NCBI GenBank assembly: GCA_011109175.1
Contig: RDEW01000083.1
Span: 1 to 64,000 of the forward strand
DNA length: 64,000 bases
DNA from: Dicyema japonicum
Taxonomy: Eukaryota > Animalia > Dicyemida
Reading direction: 5' to 3'
Position 1 is the first letter of the stretch; every line of letters begins with the position of its first letter. This document shows, one piece after another, positions 1 to 13,439 of the stretch. A program made the translations under genes and the position numbers. The notes under the pieces were generated by a model. That model searched no databases. It saw only the letters and a program-made list of their open reading frames with translations, and had not been told where the DNA came from.

Positions 1-102
1 ACTGTATACCCAAATTTCACATATTTGAGTTTTAGTCATTTCGCCAACGTAATCGACAAAACACAGGCCCAAAAATGCTTCAATGGTATTGTTTCCTTAA
101 AC

Positions 103-514
103 CAGGGGTTCCCGAACTTATTCAGGTCAATCGCCCCGTTTAACAACTTTTAAAAAATATGGCCCGGGATAACCTATAAATTTAATAATTAATGTGAACA
201 ATGATTTTGCTAACTATGAGAAGGCAGGGATGAAACTTCAAAGTTATATTGGTATGTTGAACATTGGCTCAAATCAAATTGACTGGAAGTTTCTACAGGA
301 AAGTCATTTGTAACAATTTTCTCTACATTATAGAAGATCCAAAAAATTATTTAGGGAAGTGGGGGAAAATGAATGATCCTATTTGACGTCTTCCTAGCAT
401 TGGACGTCCTCTGGTTAATTGGGGATCTTATAACATGTAGATGTTCCCATCCTTTACGAATAGCAAAAAGGGACTAAAAATCGCCCCCGATATCGTCCAC
501 TTTTGGAACCCCTC
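103..514. mobile_element. hAT (Charlie-like) non-autonomous element
   Basis: Termini CAGGGGTTCCCGAAC / TTTTGGAACCCCTC. Flanking 8-bp repeats ccttaaac (95-102) and ctttaaac (515-522), one mismatch. Confidence 0.7.
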
Positions 515-759
515 CTTTAAACTCTGAGACTTAAAACATTTTGTTAAGCGTAATAATGAGTATTTACCCAAATTTCACCCGTAATCGAAAAATACAGGCC
601 AACCGACTAGTTATCTTTAATGAAACCTTCTGTTCGAGAATTACAAATCCAACTAAAAATTCCTCCTTTCCTAAATGACAATTGATTTGCAAAGTGATTA
701 ATTGGTTTGAAAGTTGACGCGCCGGGTTGAACCATGTGTTGCTGCGTGGCTAATTAGTT

Positions 760-1040
760 TAAGTTTATGTTTGTTTGTCTGTTTCTCCTCTCTCTTCCTA
801 TTAGAGTGGCTACCTGTGATCCACCTGTCCAGGTGGCGCCCATCGCCTGGCCAGCGCGAAAAAAGATCATTTGCTCTCCCCCACTCTATTGAAGAGGTTT
901 CCACAACTGCAAGTATGGACGTTTTTTTCCTTTTATGTTGATTCCGGAAGGACTCTGTTTCTGTAGAAGTGGAAACTGGATACACTTAATTAGTTGTTTA
1001 CTTTAACTTCTTTTTTGGTGTATCCTCGGTTAATAAATAA
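760..1040 (+). mobile_element. 3' end of a non-LTR retrotransposon (C-terminal CCHC remnant, 3' UTR hairpin, TAA-rich tail)
   Basis: Similar to 6818-6975 and 12735-13066. Stem GGATACAC...GTGTATCC followed by ggttaataaata. Confidence 0.65.
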
Positions 1041-1479
1041 ACAAGTTGAGGTGGTGACCTTTATTCCATGGAGTGTCTACATAAGTTCTTGATCGATGAA
1101 GATCTTTTGTTCCTTCTTCTATAGCGTGGAAGAGTTGGAGACATCGGATCTCAAGGTTCTCGAAAAAGTAAATGTCGGATGCACGTAGGATTTGGGTTTG
1201 AATTCCTCCATGTCCAAAATTGAAAGAACTTGGAGGATCATTTATCAGAAGCTGCATTTTCGAGGGTGATAGTTAATATGTTGAAAGTATCATCACTAGA
1301 AATGATTTTTCAGACTATCCTCCATAGTCAAGATCAACGATTTCTGTCACTGAGTTTTCTTAAAGTAATCTTCAGTGAGTTTAATCGTCTTTGTCTAAAT
1401 CACTTTAAATTTTATGGGATTTGAAGGCGTTAAAGATGATTGAGGGTTTTAACAAACTTCAACTTCAAGGGATGTTACA

Positions 1480-2000
1480 TATTATATCTGTGGGACCTAA
1501 TGCCTTCTCTGAAAACTATTAATATCGATACTGTCTTATCACTTGGAAGATCCCCCGAACGGAAATTTCTGGATGACTAAAAATCTGGTTGGCTAATTTC
1601 CTTAGCGGAGAGAGGGATGTGTCTGCCTTATATGTACAAAATCTCTATCGTCTTCTACTTAAGGGTGTCCTCTAAAAGAATCTCAACATTCGACCTACTT
1701 CTGACCAGACCTCCCTATACTGTAAGATGAAAAGATGACATAGCCGTGGACATCCAGTATACCACATGGAGAATGCAACAATACATGAACCGACTTCAGG
1801 CCTGGCTTGTGGAGAATTAGCTACGGACGAGTCCTAAAACAACCATTTCTACCTCAGACAAGAGACTGAGAAATCAGACAGTCAAATTGATGAAAAACAA
1901 TGCTAAAATACCAAACATTAATTCTCAAAAAATCTTGGGGTAACCTTCGACATGCACGTGTGCTTTTTTTCTACAAAGTGCGAGATCAATGTACTGAAAT
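1480..2000 (+). mobile_element. Decayed Vingi-like RT fragment
   Basis: Residual similarity to the 24221-25021 RT (tggttggctaatttccttagcggagaga = WLxNFLSG; aaaaatcttggggtaaccttcga = KILGVTFD). Many stops. Confidence 0.55.
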
Positions 2001-2878
2001 ATTCGTGCCGTCTAATCTTACATTTCAAACTGAACTGGACGCAATCGTGCACGGATAATGGCTATTAGTGTCGATCAGAGAAGTAACAAGAAAAGGATGG
2101 CAAACTTCATGAAAAGAGATACTATCCTTGACTCGTATGTCGTAAAACAGAATGAACCAAGGGTCTGAGGTCGCAGAAGGAGACTCAGGACTTGTGGTAA
2201 GAAGCCTTAAGTAATACCCTCTTTACTTTCCTTTGTTAATAAAGTTTGTAAAAGTTAAAAAGATTTCCCAGAATCAATGACTAGCAGTTCATCGAGCCTT
2301 GCATTTCTTACACTTCATTGTGGGGACATCAATCTCTGGAACAAATAATTTTAGATTGTAGTTATCTAAAAAGTGTGTATGGTGACGTAGCGGTGGACTT
2401 TTGGCAAGAATTACTGCTAACCAACTCTTCTGGAATCCCTGATTTGTTAAAACCATAGGATCGCCATCAGCTAATGTTAATTCGGCTCTTTACCCAGTAC
2501 GTTCTTGTGTGAGCTAGAGAAATGAACAACGGACCAAGAAAGTGTTACTCAAGCGAGTGGGGATCACGGGGATCTTTAGTTTTTTTAATTTCACTATCAC
2601 ATAATATTATTAGAGATTTGAATCATTAACTAATTAAGCATACCACATCGATTTATGTTCAAGAAAATACGGATCAAACCAAAGTGCCTCCATGTACTGG
2701 CTAATTATTTCGCACTCAAACGTAGATTTTGTTCACTTGACCTTTCTTTAGTTCCTTATAAGTTTAAATTCCCCCAAGAAATCGTGAGAGGAATATGGGA
2801 CTGATATGTATTTACTATCTATGAAGTGCCTATCAAGAAAAGTGTAAATTTAAAATTTAACTCGACTAATCAAGAATA

Positions 2879-3768
2879 TTACTTTTTGCGTATAAGACTT
2901 GTGATTCTATTCGTTCTGGTCTCCCTTTCGATAATCTTATTTGTATGTTCCTTGTAGGCCTTGTACTCCTTTATGTAAGATAAAGACCTCTTCCTTTATT
3001 TTTGTTCTCCATCTCAATCTGAACAATTTCATTTTTCATGTTCGAAATGATTTCCTGAAACTTTTTAAAGTTCTCCTGTTCTTTTCTCAAAGAAGTCTTG
3101 ATTCTTGAGTCATCATTACTCTGATTTTCTACTTGAATGAAATTTGAACGTATGTCTTGACAATCCGGTTTACAACGTCTAATGTGCTAAAAAATCAAAA
3201 CCAAGCATTTCTGTAAATTTCTGAAAAAGGTCCTCTTTCATGGCAAAATTCTCCGTTCTAAGAATACCAACTCGTCGAGAAAAGTCACGCAACGACTCAG
3301 CTTTTCTTACAGACCAGCATTCTGGCATGTCTAATGGAAACAAATAGTTTTCTGTCAAAATAAATCACCATGACAACGGTTTGGCTTTCTTAATGGTTTC
3401 TTCTAACTTATCGGCTCTGACGAAGACATTCTCGATAGAAGAGAAGGATCGCTCGACGTAGTTGAAGGAGGAAACAAGGGTGACGAGATGGTCCTTTATT
3501 TTCCTGATTTTTTCGTTCTGGGTGGTCAAAAGCTGGGCATGCAAATTTTTGGATTTTTTTGAAATTTCTAGACTTTTCGCTAGGGATTTTGTAATTTGAC
3601 GTTCCTCCATGAGTGCATGAGTTAATTCTTTATTTCCATTACTGAGCCCTTCAATCATATAATCCTGCTCTTTCCGTTCCCTTATGAGCATATCGATCCT
3701 CGATTTCAATATATTTATTAATTCTGACTGATCATGAATACGATTTTGACGTCTTGGTCAAAGTTCAT
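2879..3768 (-). CDS. Coiled-coil protein, CCDC89-like (mini-introns and frameshifts; structure approximate)
   Basis: N-term RIHDQSELINILKSRID and C-term YKAYKEHTNKIIERE resemble my recollection of the CCDC89 motifs (RIxEQSQLICILK; FEAFKKHSxxLLxKE). AT-rich upstream region. Confidence 0.5.
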
Positions 3769-4539
3769 TTTTAAAATATTTATTATGATTTATTGTTGAT
3801 TGATTTTATAATTTAATTAAATTTATTTAAAAATGATTTAATTAAATTTAAAAATTGTTAAATTCCGAATGCTAAGATGAAAAATAAAATTTTCTCAAAT
3901 TTGGCTATTTATTTTATTATATTTTATTTTTAAATCATAATAATTAATTAACACGCCATCCATCCAAAGTGGACCCCGCGACATTATCGACGTACTGTTG
4001 CCTCTCACGATTGCGTTGGCCTTGTCTAATAAAATTATTAGTCGATAAATTTTTGTTGAAAAACTCTATTTTATGTTTAGCCTTCTAAACTCTGGATTAA
4101 TTTATATTGTTTGAAAACTCTTGAAATGTCGAGAATTTTGGTTGATATGGCAACGAGTATGTTTTATGTCATAAGATTTGGGAAGTCATGATTGAAGACT
4201 CATTAATGTCACGTGTTGAGAATGTTCATGAAAATTGGCTGGGGAGATTTATGAGAATATTATTACACGTGGAAAGTTACTAAAAGCTACATTATATTCC
4301 AGTTCTTCCATTTAAGAAGAAGGGAGTCGAACCAGAAACAAGGTGATTTAGGATGGGGATAAACATGGCAAAAGAAAATCTAAAAGAAGATCAAATACTT
4401 TTAATCCATAAGACGAATCAACTTTTTTTTCAAAACGGATTCGAATTAATTTTCCCACGTGCATCTTTACCAACGTGAGAACAGAGAAAGCGTGAAATCC
4501 TAGAATGTCGAAAAAGATGCAGAGGGTACTGAGAGTAGC

Positions 4540-4775
4540 TGGGATCACTTAATGGCGGTAATCACAGGGATTTCCTAATGAGAAGATAGGATCTCCGTGA
4601 TTGCCTAGTTGAAAGTCGAGATCATCTAATGGCTGAGATCATTGCAATCGCCTAATTTGAGATCCGGGTATCATCCAATGGCCGATAACACCGGGATCGT
4701 CTAATGAGGCAAGCCTAGATAATTTAAATACAATGATCACTCGGATCGTCTAATGGGAAAAGCCGTCATCACCTA
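4540..4775. repeat. Degenerate minisatellite, alternating ~21/27-nt units with GGATCRTCTAATG-like core
   Basis: About 10 units, e.g. gggatcacttaatgg, gagatcatctaatgg, gggatcgtctaatga, cggatcgtctaatgg. Confidence 0.65.
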
Positions 4776-5399
4776 AACTTTTTTCATTGTAAAAATTTTT
4801 CAATATCATAAAAGTCACACATAAAAATAAAACTGAGGTTTTTGAGGCTAAAAAAATGAATAAAGTATATTTATTCCCGATCTGAGTGTATAAGTAATTT
4901 ACATGGATGCCCGTTGGATCGTTTAGACAAAGTCAGTAACCCTCGTTAATCCGAACAAAAAAAATTTGGCTGCCTTTCGGATTGTGTATGTTTTCATATA
5001 TCAGAATAAAAATGTAACAAAAAATTTGAAATCAAAAAATTATGTTTAATCAAATCATCTCTGTCTTTTATTCCTTTGAATTAACCCTTCTACTTTTTTA
5101 TTGTATTTAATTTTTTTAATGTTCTAAGATTTAATTTTTATATGCCAGTCCCATTAGCACAAAGAGCTATAGTAATCCTCACGTTCGATTGCTTTATGCT
5201 TTTTCTTTTTTCAGATTAATTTTTCTAATTAATTGGATCACCTGTAGAGTAGCCCCCCGGAGCATGAAATTTTATTAATTTGTTTTAATATTGAATAATA
5301 ATTTTTTACTTACTTTTAAAATTTTAGTCATGTTCGTTTTCGTTAATGAGTAAAGACACCTGATTGTTGGTCCAATAAGGATTTGATCAAATATTTCAG

Positions 5400-5560
5400 A
5401 ATAAAAAGTTTATTGAAGAGTGTCATGCACTGTACATATTGCATGTTGCCTATGGAAGAAGTGACGGCAACTAAACATGTGGATAAGTATGTCTGGAATT
5501 GCACAAATGCAATGTGTACTAAATACAAATCTTCCTTTAAATCTGAGTGGCCAGCTTTAC
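5400..5560 (+). mobile_element. Merlin/IS1595-like transposase N-terminal zinc-ribbon fragment
   Basis: CTYCMLPM...DKYVWNCTNAMC matches the CxxC...DGxxWxC....C pattern. Confidence 0.45.
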
Positions 5561-6817
5561 TAAATTCAATATCATTGATTCCTAGCTTTACCAAATAACA
5601 CAGCATTTAAAATTACAATATTTCAGCGATAAAACCATTGATTGCATCCATCCTTGAAATCCATTCGACAAGTGAATTAAGTCGATGATGGTTTTGGCTG
5701 TCTTAAATTATTATCTATATCATCGCTTCTCCGATTCGTTTTGAGTTCGCTTTCCCAAAAAATGTAAAAACTCACATTGCACCCACGATTTTAAATCTAA
5801 CAAAATTCGAATTTTATTCAAAAAAATAGTTAGGTTCCTCGAGACTTTCCTGTTTTTTGGTTTTAATTAATTCTTCAAAATGTGGCTTTTTGTTTGCTTG
5901 AGCAATTCTGAGATCGTTTTCAGGGTTTTTCGGTACTTATTTTTTATATGTAGCAGAGATGAAAATCCAGATTCACATTGAATCTTGCTGTGCTTTTTTT
6001 CAAGGGTCGGAAACCCAACTTGCGAACCGCACCAAAAAACCTCCAAAGAATTTAAGTCCTACAACATTTTCAGTGATGTTGCAGTTCAATCAAAATGTCT
6101 TTATCCTCATCACCATCTTCTCTATTTTGAAAGCAAATGGGTTAACAACACAGGTATCAGAATCTTTAATATTTCCAATGCTACTTTGAATGACGCCAAA
6201 AGTGACGGTTTGTCAATGCAGGTAAATCCAAGCTTCGAAAGTGTTCCTTGGATATCGTATCGGGAACTTTTAATTTCAAATATTTAAGATCATTTCATGG
6301 ACGTTTTTCCTCATGGAAAAATTTAAAATGTCCGTTCAGTTTCGATGGTTTCAAATTTGAATTATAAAAAATTGCATCACAAAACACGCACTGGGGTCTA
6401 TCGACTCCATCAATAACTATCTTCGTAAAATCATATTCAAAATAGTCTTCTTTCTATTTTAGAATTTTAACACACGTTGACATAGATAACCACGAGTTTT
6501 TTTATTTTTAACATTGAATAATAAATTATTAAAAAATATAAATTTATTTAAATTCTTTTGTTATATATTTTATTTGAAGATCATCTGCATATATGTACAA
6601 GAAAGTGCTCGTCCGCAACGAATTGTGTAGGTTCAAGGGATCAACACCGAGAAAAGATGAGAGCCTTGATCCAATTCGTCGGGATCACTTAGTTTAGTTT
6701 TTTTTAAGTTTAACAGTGGTTTTTGGAATTTAATTGAGGCAAACCCTCAGAACTCAGAATCGAACCTTTTGAATTTGATCTAATAGCTGTGTAACTAGCT
6801 CATAGACAACTGATAAC

Positions 6818-6975
6818 CCACTCCACTGGAGGGTTTTCCACAACTGCAACTATGGACGTATTTTACCCTTTTTGCTGATTCCGAATGGAATCTGTTTCTG
6901 TAGAACTGGAAACTGGATACAATTAATTAGTTGTTTACTTTAACTTCTTTCTCGGTGTATCCGGGGTTAATAAAT
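6818..6975 (+). mobile_element. 5'-truncated LINE 3' end (same family as 760-1040)
   Basis: Closely similar sequence ending ggtgtatccggggttaataaat. Confidence 0.65.
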
Positions 6976-6989
6976 GTGACCGGTTCAGA

Positions 6990-7560
6990 ATGAGATACGG
7001 TTGAATACGAGCCGTTACTCTTTAGAGGTCTTGTCCATCAAAATTTGGAAAAGAAATCCAACCCAACCAAAAGCCAGCAAAAATTTTCATTGAAATTTGA
7101 AGTTTCGTAGATTAACTAAATCAAAAATATACCTGAAATTAGAATAGTTAACTAGTACCTTTCTCTCACTGTATATGCTCTGATAGGTGTTATAGTTGGT
7201 CGAGTGTTCATAAGCCGTCTTGTCAGACATTGTGAACAAGACCTGAGGACAACCATAACTTCATCTCTGCAAATTCCATAGACTAGATTCTTTAGAAGAG
7301 AAAGAAGTCTATCACGACCAGGATGTTCCATTTTTGAGGTGAACATTCTCAATAAATATCCTCTTCTGTTCATCTTCTTCCACAGCGAACACGTGCAAAA
7401 AAATTCCACTTGTTTTGAAAAAAATAGTTGAGCCGGGAATGAGTCTTTTAGTTTGAATAATGACGCAGTTCTTATGAAATTTCGTTTCTCCTTCAGCAAA
7501 TTGGATGGTATAATTTGGTATCTCAGATAGGTCATTATTTCTTGCTTTTGTAGCAGAGTA
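6990..7560 (-). mobile_element. Ginger/KRBA2-like integrase fragment with a 26-nt intron
   Basis: H2C2 region HPGRDR...CSQC, then RER[intron 7133-7158]YIFDLV. Confidence 0.65.
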
Positions 7561-7587
7561 AAATAGAGAAGATTCATAACAAAAAAC

Positions 7588-9372
7588 TGTCACATGGGCC
7601 AAGCGATACCTATGGGCTGCCTGTTACATTAACCTTGAACCAAAATAAACTTCAATTAATTTTATAAATGATTTATTAACCACAAAAAATTAAATTTAAG
7701 TAACTTTTTTTAGTCTACTCATTAATACAGTCGATATTTCTCCTTTCGAATTTTTTATCTATCAAATTAAACTATTTAAAACTACCTTCACGCGATTATT
7801 CGATAAAATATTAATTATTTATGCAACTGGATAATACTGAGACTCAAACTTATCCAGTCGCAATGAGGGATTTGTTCCAAAGTCCTTTTTAGCCCGAACC
7901 TATTTATTAATGTTTTTAATTCATACTTTATCTCCCATGTTAAAAATATATTTACTATTATGAACATTCATTTTCATAGCTTTGTAATAATTCGAATTTT
8001 CTTCAATCGATTTAATTTCGAAATTGAATCTCTTCGCATTCGGACACAAATTATCTGTCTGGGAGTTATCTAGATATAAATTTTTTTAATCAAACTACGT
8101 GAATTTTCAATAGATTCTCGAACAATTAACCAAATCGTCAATTTGTTCTGGAATCGCACACTCATCACTTAAATTATCTAAGTCATAATGTGATATAAGT
8201 ATAACCATTAATTATTGAATTTATTCCCTTAATTCCTCGATATCTTTCGAAAGGACTTTCGTTAGAAAATGAATGGACCGATATGCTATAACTGTAGACA
8301 GCACTTTCTAATTTATCAAGCCACTTTTTTTCACTGTTATCCAGCATTTTTGACAACTTCCTCGTGATCGTCTGATTAAATCTTTCGACAATTCCTTGTG
8401 CTCGTGGATTGTTAGGCCTTCCGTGAATTTGCTTAATGTTAAAATCTTAGCAAAGTTTTGTTGTTTCTTGACTTTTTAAATTCAGAACCATTGTCCGACT
8501 GAAGAAATTTACATGGCCCATTCAGGCGGAACAAAGATCTTAAGTTTTCACATATTTATTTACCAGACTTATTGTAGAGTGGTCGTACAAAAGAATCTAT
8601 AAATTAAAAAAAACCAACCTACTATATATGTCAATGACCGTTAAAATCCATTTGAAATTTTTTTCAGGTCTATTAGATCTACCTGAAAACGTTCATTTGA
8701 GAAGCAAACACATGGTGATTTATATCTCCAATCTACAATTATAAAAAATCACGAACTGTTAAAGGACGCGAAAATTTGCAGACTTCACAATTTCGAATGA
8801 CTTTTCTGATAATCTCATTCTTTACAGTGAAGTATCTTTGTCGACATTCATACTCAATTTTATTGACTCCTTCGTGTGAAAACTCGTGGAACGATTTCGC
8901 AACATGCTCCATTTGGTTTCATTATCCAGGGATATGACTAACTTGGATCAATTGATTTAAGATACAGTCTAAAATTATTGCAAATTTACAATACCTGTCA
9001 TTGATAATGAAAAATTCTCTATCTTCTTTAAAAGCCTATATTTTCGGTGCCTCGGAAGATTTTCGGGAAATTTATCATGCAAAGCATTTTTTAAAGTTTA
9101 ATATTCAACGCAATCCTTCACAAAACCCTTGTAAGAAGCCATTGCAACAAAATAATCTTCCATGCTATAAATCACGCTAGAAATCTAGGTTTACCGCTAT
9201 AAAAAATAAAATATTTATAATCATAACATTTATGAATAAAAAACTAATTTAACAAGATTAAATCACGATATAAATCGGATATACAAAATTAAATGTAGGA
9301 TAATCAAAAGACCTTTTCAAGGTCGAAAAAATGTAACAGGCTGCCCATGCGTTACGCGCCGCCCATGTGACA
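7588..9372 (-). mobile_element. Ginger-like (integrase) DNA transposon, decayed
   Basis: ~42-bp imperfect TIRs with TGTCACA termini (7588-7629 / 9331-9372). Minus-strand rve motifs ERFQVDLID, VIDIYSR, QSDNGSEF, PRAQGIVERFNQTI. 22-nt intron at 8597-8618. No matching TSD seen. Confidence 0.75.
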
Positions 9373-9927
9373 CAATCAGCGACTCAGTCCGTTCAACAAA
9401 TGCTTGACAAGCTGGAACTTTGGCTCTCGAAGCATAGACTCGATACATCAGCAACAAAGTCCTCTGTCACGCTGTTTACCACTTACAAAAGACAGCTCTG
9501 TATAGAACCAAAAATCTTTATGAAGAACGAGGCCATTCCTATTAACAAAACACCGAAGATTCTGGGAGTCACCTTTGACTCCCCTTTATCCGACATGTTG
9601 AGAACCGACATGTTGAGAACAAAGTAACTTATGTTTTGAAGAAAATGAGATTTTTAAAAGTGCTCTCAAAAACACTTAGAGACCAAACTGGTGGCCTTGC
9701 CACGATTTATGAACAATTTATCCAACCAATGATGACGTATGCAAGTCCTTCGTGGGCAATGCAGATTTAACGATCCTCCTCATTGAAACTATCCGCAATT
9801 GAGGAGACCGCAATAAGGATAATTGGACCAAAACACAAAATTCAGCACATTGAAAATCTCTTAATCGAATTACAACAAAAACTCTTAAAAGAGGCTAGTG
9901 ATCCTGGGGGAAATAATAATAATAATG
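9373..9927 (+). mobile_element. 5'-truncated Vingi-like LINE copy (family of 33733-36599)
   Basis: Translation nearly matches ORF 33801-34505. Ends agtgatcctgggggaaataataataataat. Confidence 0.85.
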
Positions 9928-9998
9928 TATAAGTAATCATTATTTTTAAAATTATTTCTCGCACATTCAATCGGGAAGCCCTGATCTATATCTATATA

Positions 9999-11090
9999 CA
10001 GTGAACTCTCTCAAATATGCCACTTTTAAATTTGCCAACATTTTTAAAAAATTATTTTTATTTTTTTAATATTTTTAAAAATTTAAATAATTTAAAGCAA
10101 GCATATGTCGGAATGTTCCTGTTGGAGGCTATACCAGATTATCAATTGCTCAAAAAGTGGAGATATTGTGGTATAAAGAAACCAATAAATCAGCTTCATG
10201 TCAGACGATATGCAACAGATTTCTTCTATTTTTAAAAAGAGAATCTCAAGAAGGACAGTCAATAAAATATTAATGAATACAGAATCGCTTTTATTTCAGT
10301 TCAAGAACAAAAATCCTAAACTAAAAACTTGCGAATACCCTGAGTTTAATGAAAATCTAGTAGATTGGATGGATTTACTCTAACATTTAAGGTGCTTTAT
10401 TGAACGATTCTCTAATATTACATAAGGCAGAATTTTCTGATAAAGAACTTTCGTTAACTAATTTTAAAAATTCTTACGGGTTTGTTGACAAATTTAAAAA
10501 AAGACATGGATTTCAAATGCGTGAATTTCACTGCGAAATGCGCACTGAAAAACATGTGGATATTGATGACTTTTTAAAAGAATTTGAAGAAGTTTCAGAG
10601 TTACAATTTATTGAAAATTGAAAAAAGATCAATTTTGTTATTAATGGATAATTGCCCATTCAATCGCCCACCTCTTTATCTGGAAAATATTAAAATTGTT
10701 TATCCAATGTACAGGAGTATTCAACCTATGGATCTGGGAATCATCAAATCTTTCAAAGTTCATTTTAAAGGCACAAATTATCACATTTAACGGATATATT
10801 GGAATGCGAGAACTCAGTATATGAATCAAATAAGAAGTTTATCTTAGGGATACTGTATTGTTTGTAAAAATGACATGGGAAGATGTGAAATCTCAAACAA
10901 TTTCAAGCTTTTTAAACGTCTAGAACGTAGAGAATGCGAATCAAAACTTACTAACATGAATGTAACAGATGAAATCGTATTCAGAACAGATATTTATGAT
11001 CCTATTGAAATAGAAGAATTTATTTGATTACAGTGAAGAGGAAGCAATTGATGAAGAGAAGAAATTAATTGCTATTGAGAAACAAGAAGA
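9999..11090 (+). mobile_element. Tigger/pogo (CENP-B-like, DDE_1) transposon remnant
   Basis: TA|CAGTGAACTCTC terminus; HTH fragments GFVDKFKKRHG; DDE motifs LLLMDNCP and IQPMDLGIIKSFK. Right end not located. Confidence 0.8.
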
Positions 11091-11559
11091 ATCTGGTTGT
11101 GTAGAAGTAGGTCTTAGAAGATACTCATCGTCGTTTGTCAATTAATCGGACACATAGGAGATTAAGTTCCAACTTTTCTACTAATCTTGGGCCAATAGAC
11201 AAAGCATGTCACTGTGCGGCGTATAAATTTGTTGGTGAAGCTGCATGAATTGCAAGGTTGTAATATATTTATACGCGCCGAACAAAATCATGATTGTCCC
11301 GGGTTCAATTCTCGGTGTTTTACATGACTTTGAAGGCATGACGGCAGTAAGATACACCTTTCAGTGACCATCTCTATTAAGTCCAAGTGCGGAAAGCGCA
11401 AGACTGAGTAGACGCACTCAGTCCTGTATTCCGGAAAGCATATTCATTTTTGTTTTAAAAATTCTTAAATACACAATTTCAATGCCTTGGAATAATTGCC
11501 TCGGATTATTAGTATGACAGCACTATTTCCTTTCAGTGTCTGAAAGACACAGAAGTGAA

Positions 11560-11885
11560 TATCTGAATCCTCTGGATGGTTGATGGATGGAATCACTTCC
11601 CGAAAGCTGTGTCTACTTCAGGATCGTACATGTTTTTTTGATAACGGAGAAACTAAGTGCGGACATTGCAACTTAGCGAATAAGACCTTCGATCACCTTG
11701 CAACTAGGTGTGGGAGAATGCTGAATAGCTCATATTTCAGGGGGCATAATGAAGTGGACAGATGTCTACATCTCTGACGTCAATATGGAATGAGAAAAAC
11801 TAAGAAATTGAAGACCCATTCAGTACAATCTGTTGTCGCAAATGAATTTGTGGAGATTCTTGTAGACACGACGATCAGTACGATC
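11560..11885 (+). mobile_element. R4/Dong-like (RLE) retrotransposon fragment
   Basis: CGHC...DHLATRC...Y.R.HNEV zinc-knuckle/RHN motif. Confidence 0.7.
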
Positions 11886-12734
11886 AGGCCCCAAAAAAAG
11901 AAGATTGAGTTAGACGGCGTTATAATTATTTATTTATTTAACTCCAAGACTACAAAGATAGGTCAAAACTAACTAATTAAGTGATCCCAGTCTCAACAAC
12001 ATCCGAACTCTTTTCGCCTGGTCTTTTGATGACCCAATCGCAATCGGAAGCGCCTTCTCTTCTTTCTGCATAGGAATTCAATCGGCGTGCACTTTTTTAC
12101 AACCGACCGAAATTCTTCTGCATGGGCCACCTTTTCCTTGAATGGGTTTCCAGTTTCCTTGCAAAAACGTAGGAAACCCTGGCCATTCTTCAACGTTGCC
12201 TCATCAGAAACGAGGTGGAGATAATCTTCCGCCTAAGAAAGTTCAAACGATCAATTCTCGAAAAGGGAATGGCAAATCTCCAGGCGAAGCAGGCATATTC
12301 AATAGTAGGAACAATGACCTGTTGATAGACCTTGTTGACGCAAGCAGAAGGGGAAGGGGCGTTATAAAAGACTTACTTTTACTTTTTACTTGATAAATAA
12401 TATTATTCAAAGTTAACAATTTTACTAAAGTGCAAATAACTATTAAAACTTTTTGGATTACCGTGAACATGATTCCACAACAGTGATGAATTCAGGAATA
12501 CCACGATACTCTTTGAAATCAGTCAGAGACAACTCGCCTAGATTATTTTTCCACTTTTCATATTAGGTATTCGGGGAGTATGGAAGCAAAGTATAGGAAA
12601 GCTGTTGAAACTCACAATATTTTCACATCATTCCAGAAACTTTAATACAAGTTTTTCAGGAAATGATTTTAATTTGTTAAATGAAGACCTTATTGTGTCG
12701 ATTTTTAATGATTATGACAGTAACATTTTTTTCC

Positions 12735-13066
12735 ACGTGGTGCTAAGTGGCTAATTGATTGAAGTTTTCTGTGTGTTTTATCTTTTTCTTCTTTTCTCAT
12801 TCTTACTAGAGTGGCGTCATGTAATCCACCTGTCTTAGGTGGCGACCAGTGCCAGGCCTCCACGCCAAAGGATCCTTTTGTCTCATCCACTCCACTGGAT
12901 ATATGTTTCTACAACTGCAAGGAATGGACTTGTTTTACCTTTTATGCAGGCTTCGGATGGACTTGTGTGACATTGAAGGACTCTCTCAGTAATAGTGGAA
13001 ACTGGATACACTTAACTAGTTGTTTACTGTTAACGTCTTTCTCGGTGTATCCGGGGTTAATAAATA
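12735..13066 (+). mobile_element. LINE 3' end (family of 760-1040)
   Basis: Similar sequence, GGATACAC/GTGTATCC stem, (taa)n tail. Confidence 0.65.
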
Positions 13067-13439
13067 AAGTAACAAAGACATCAATTCTTCCTAGCATTGT
13101 ATCGTTGCTGAATGGAATAGTTTTTAAGACATTTCTAATAGACATTTTTACATCTACATACTCGTTATGGTCGTTGTAGTGCTATGAGGAAAGAAAAAAA
13201 AGGAAAATCAGAAAAAAAATGCAGAAAACTGCTAAAGAAGATGAGAACGAAATTAACCGTGTTTCCAGAACGTCTCTTCCCTGTCTAATCTATGGCAAAG
13301 CAAACGTGGGAAATTCGGCATTTAATTTACCCGTTGACCCAATTTTGGACACCTTGGGTGCTATAAGCTCTGTCAAATTGGTCTTCCCCTCATGCCTCGT
13401 GACCTCATACCTCGTGAATATCGGCAGAAGGAGAGATCC

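Noticed and set aside
4540-4775. CRISPR array
   Set aside because: Eukaryotic context, degenerate units, no unique spacers or cas genes.
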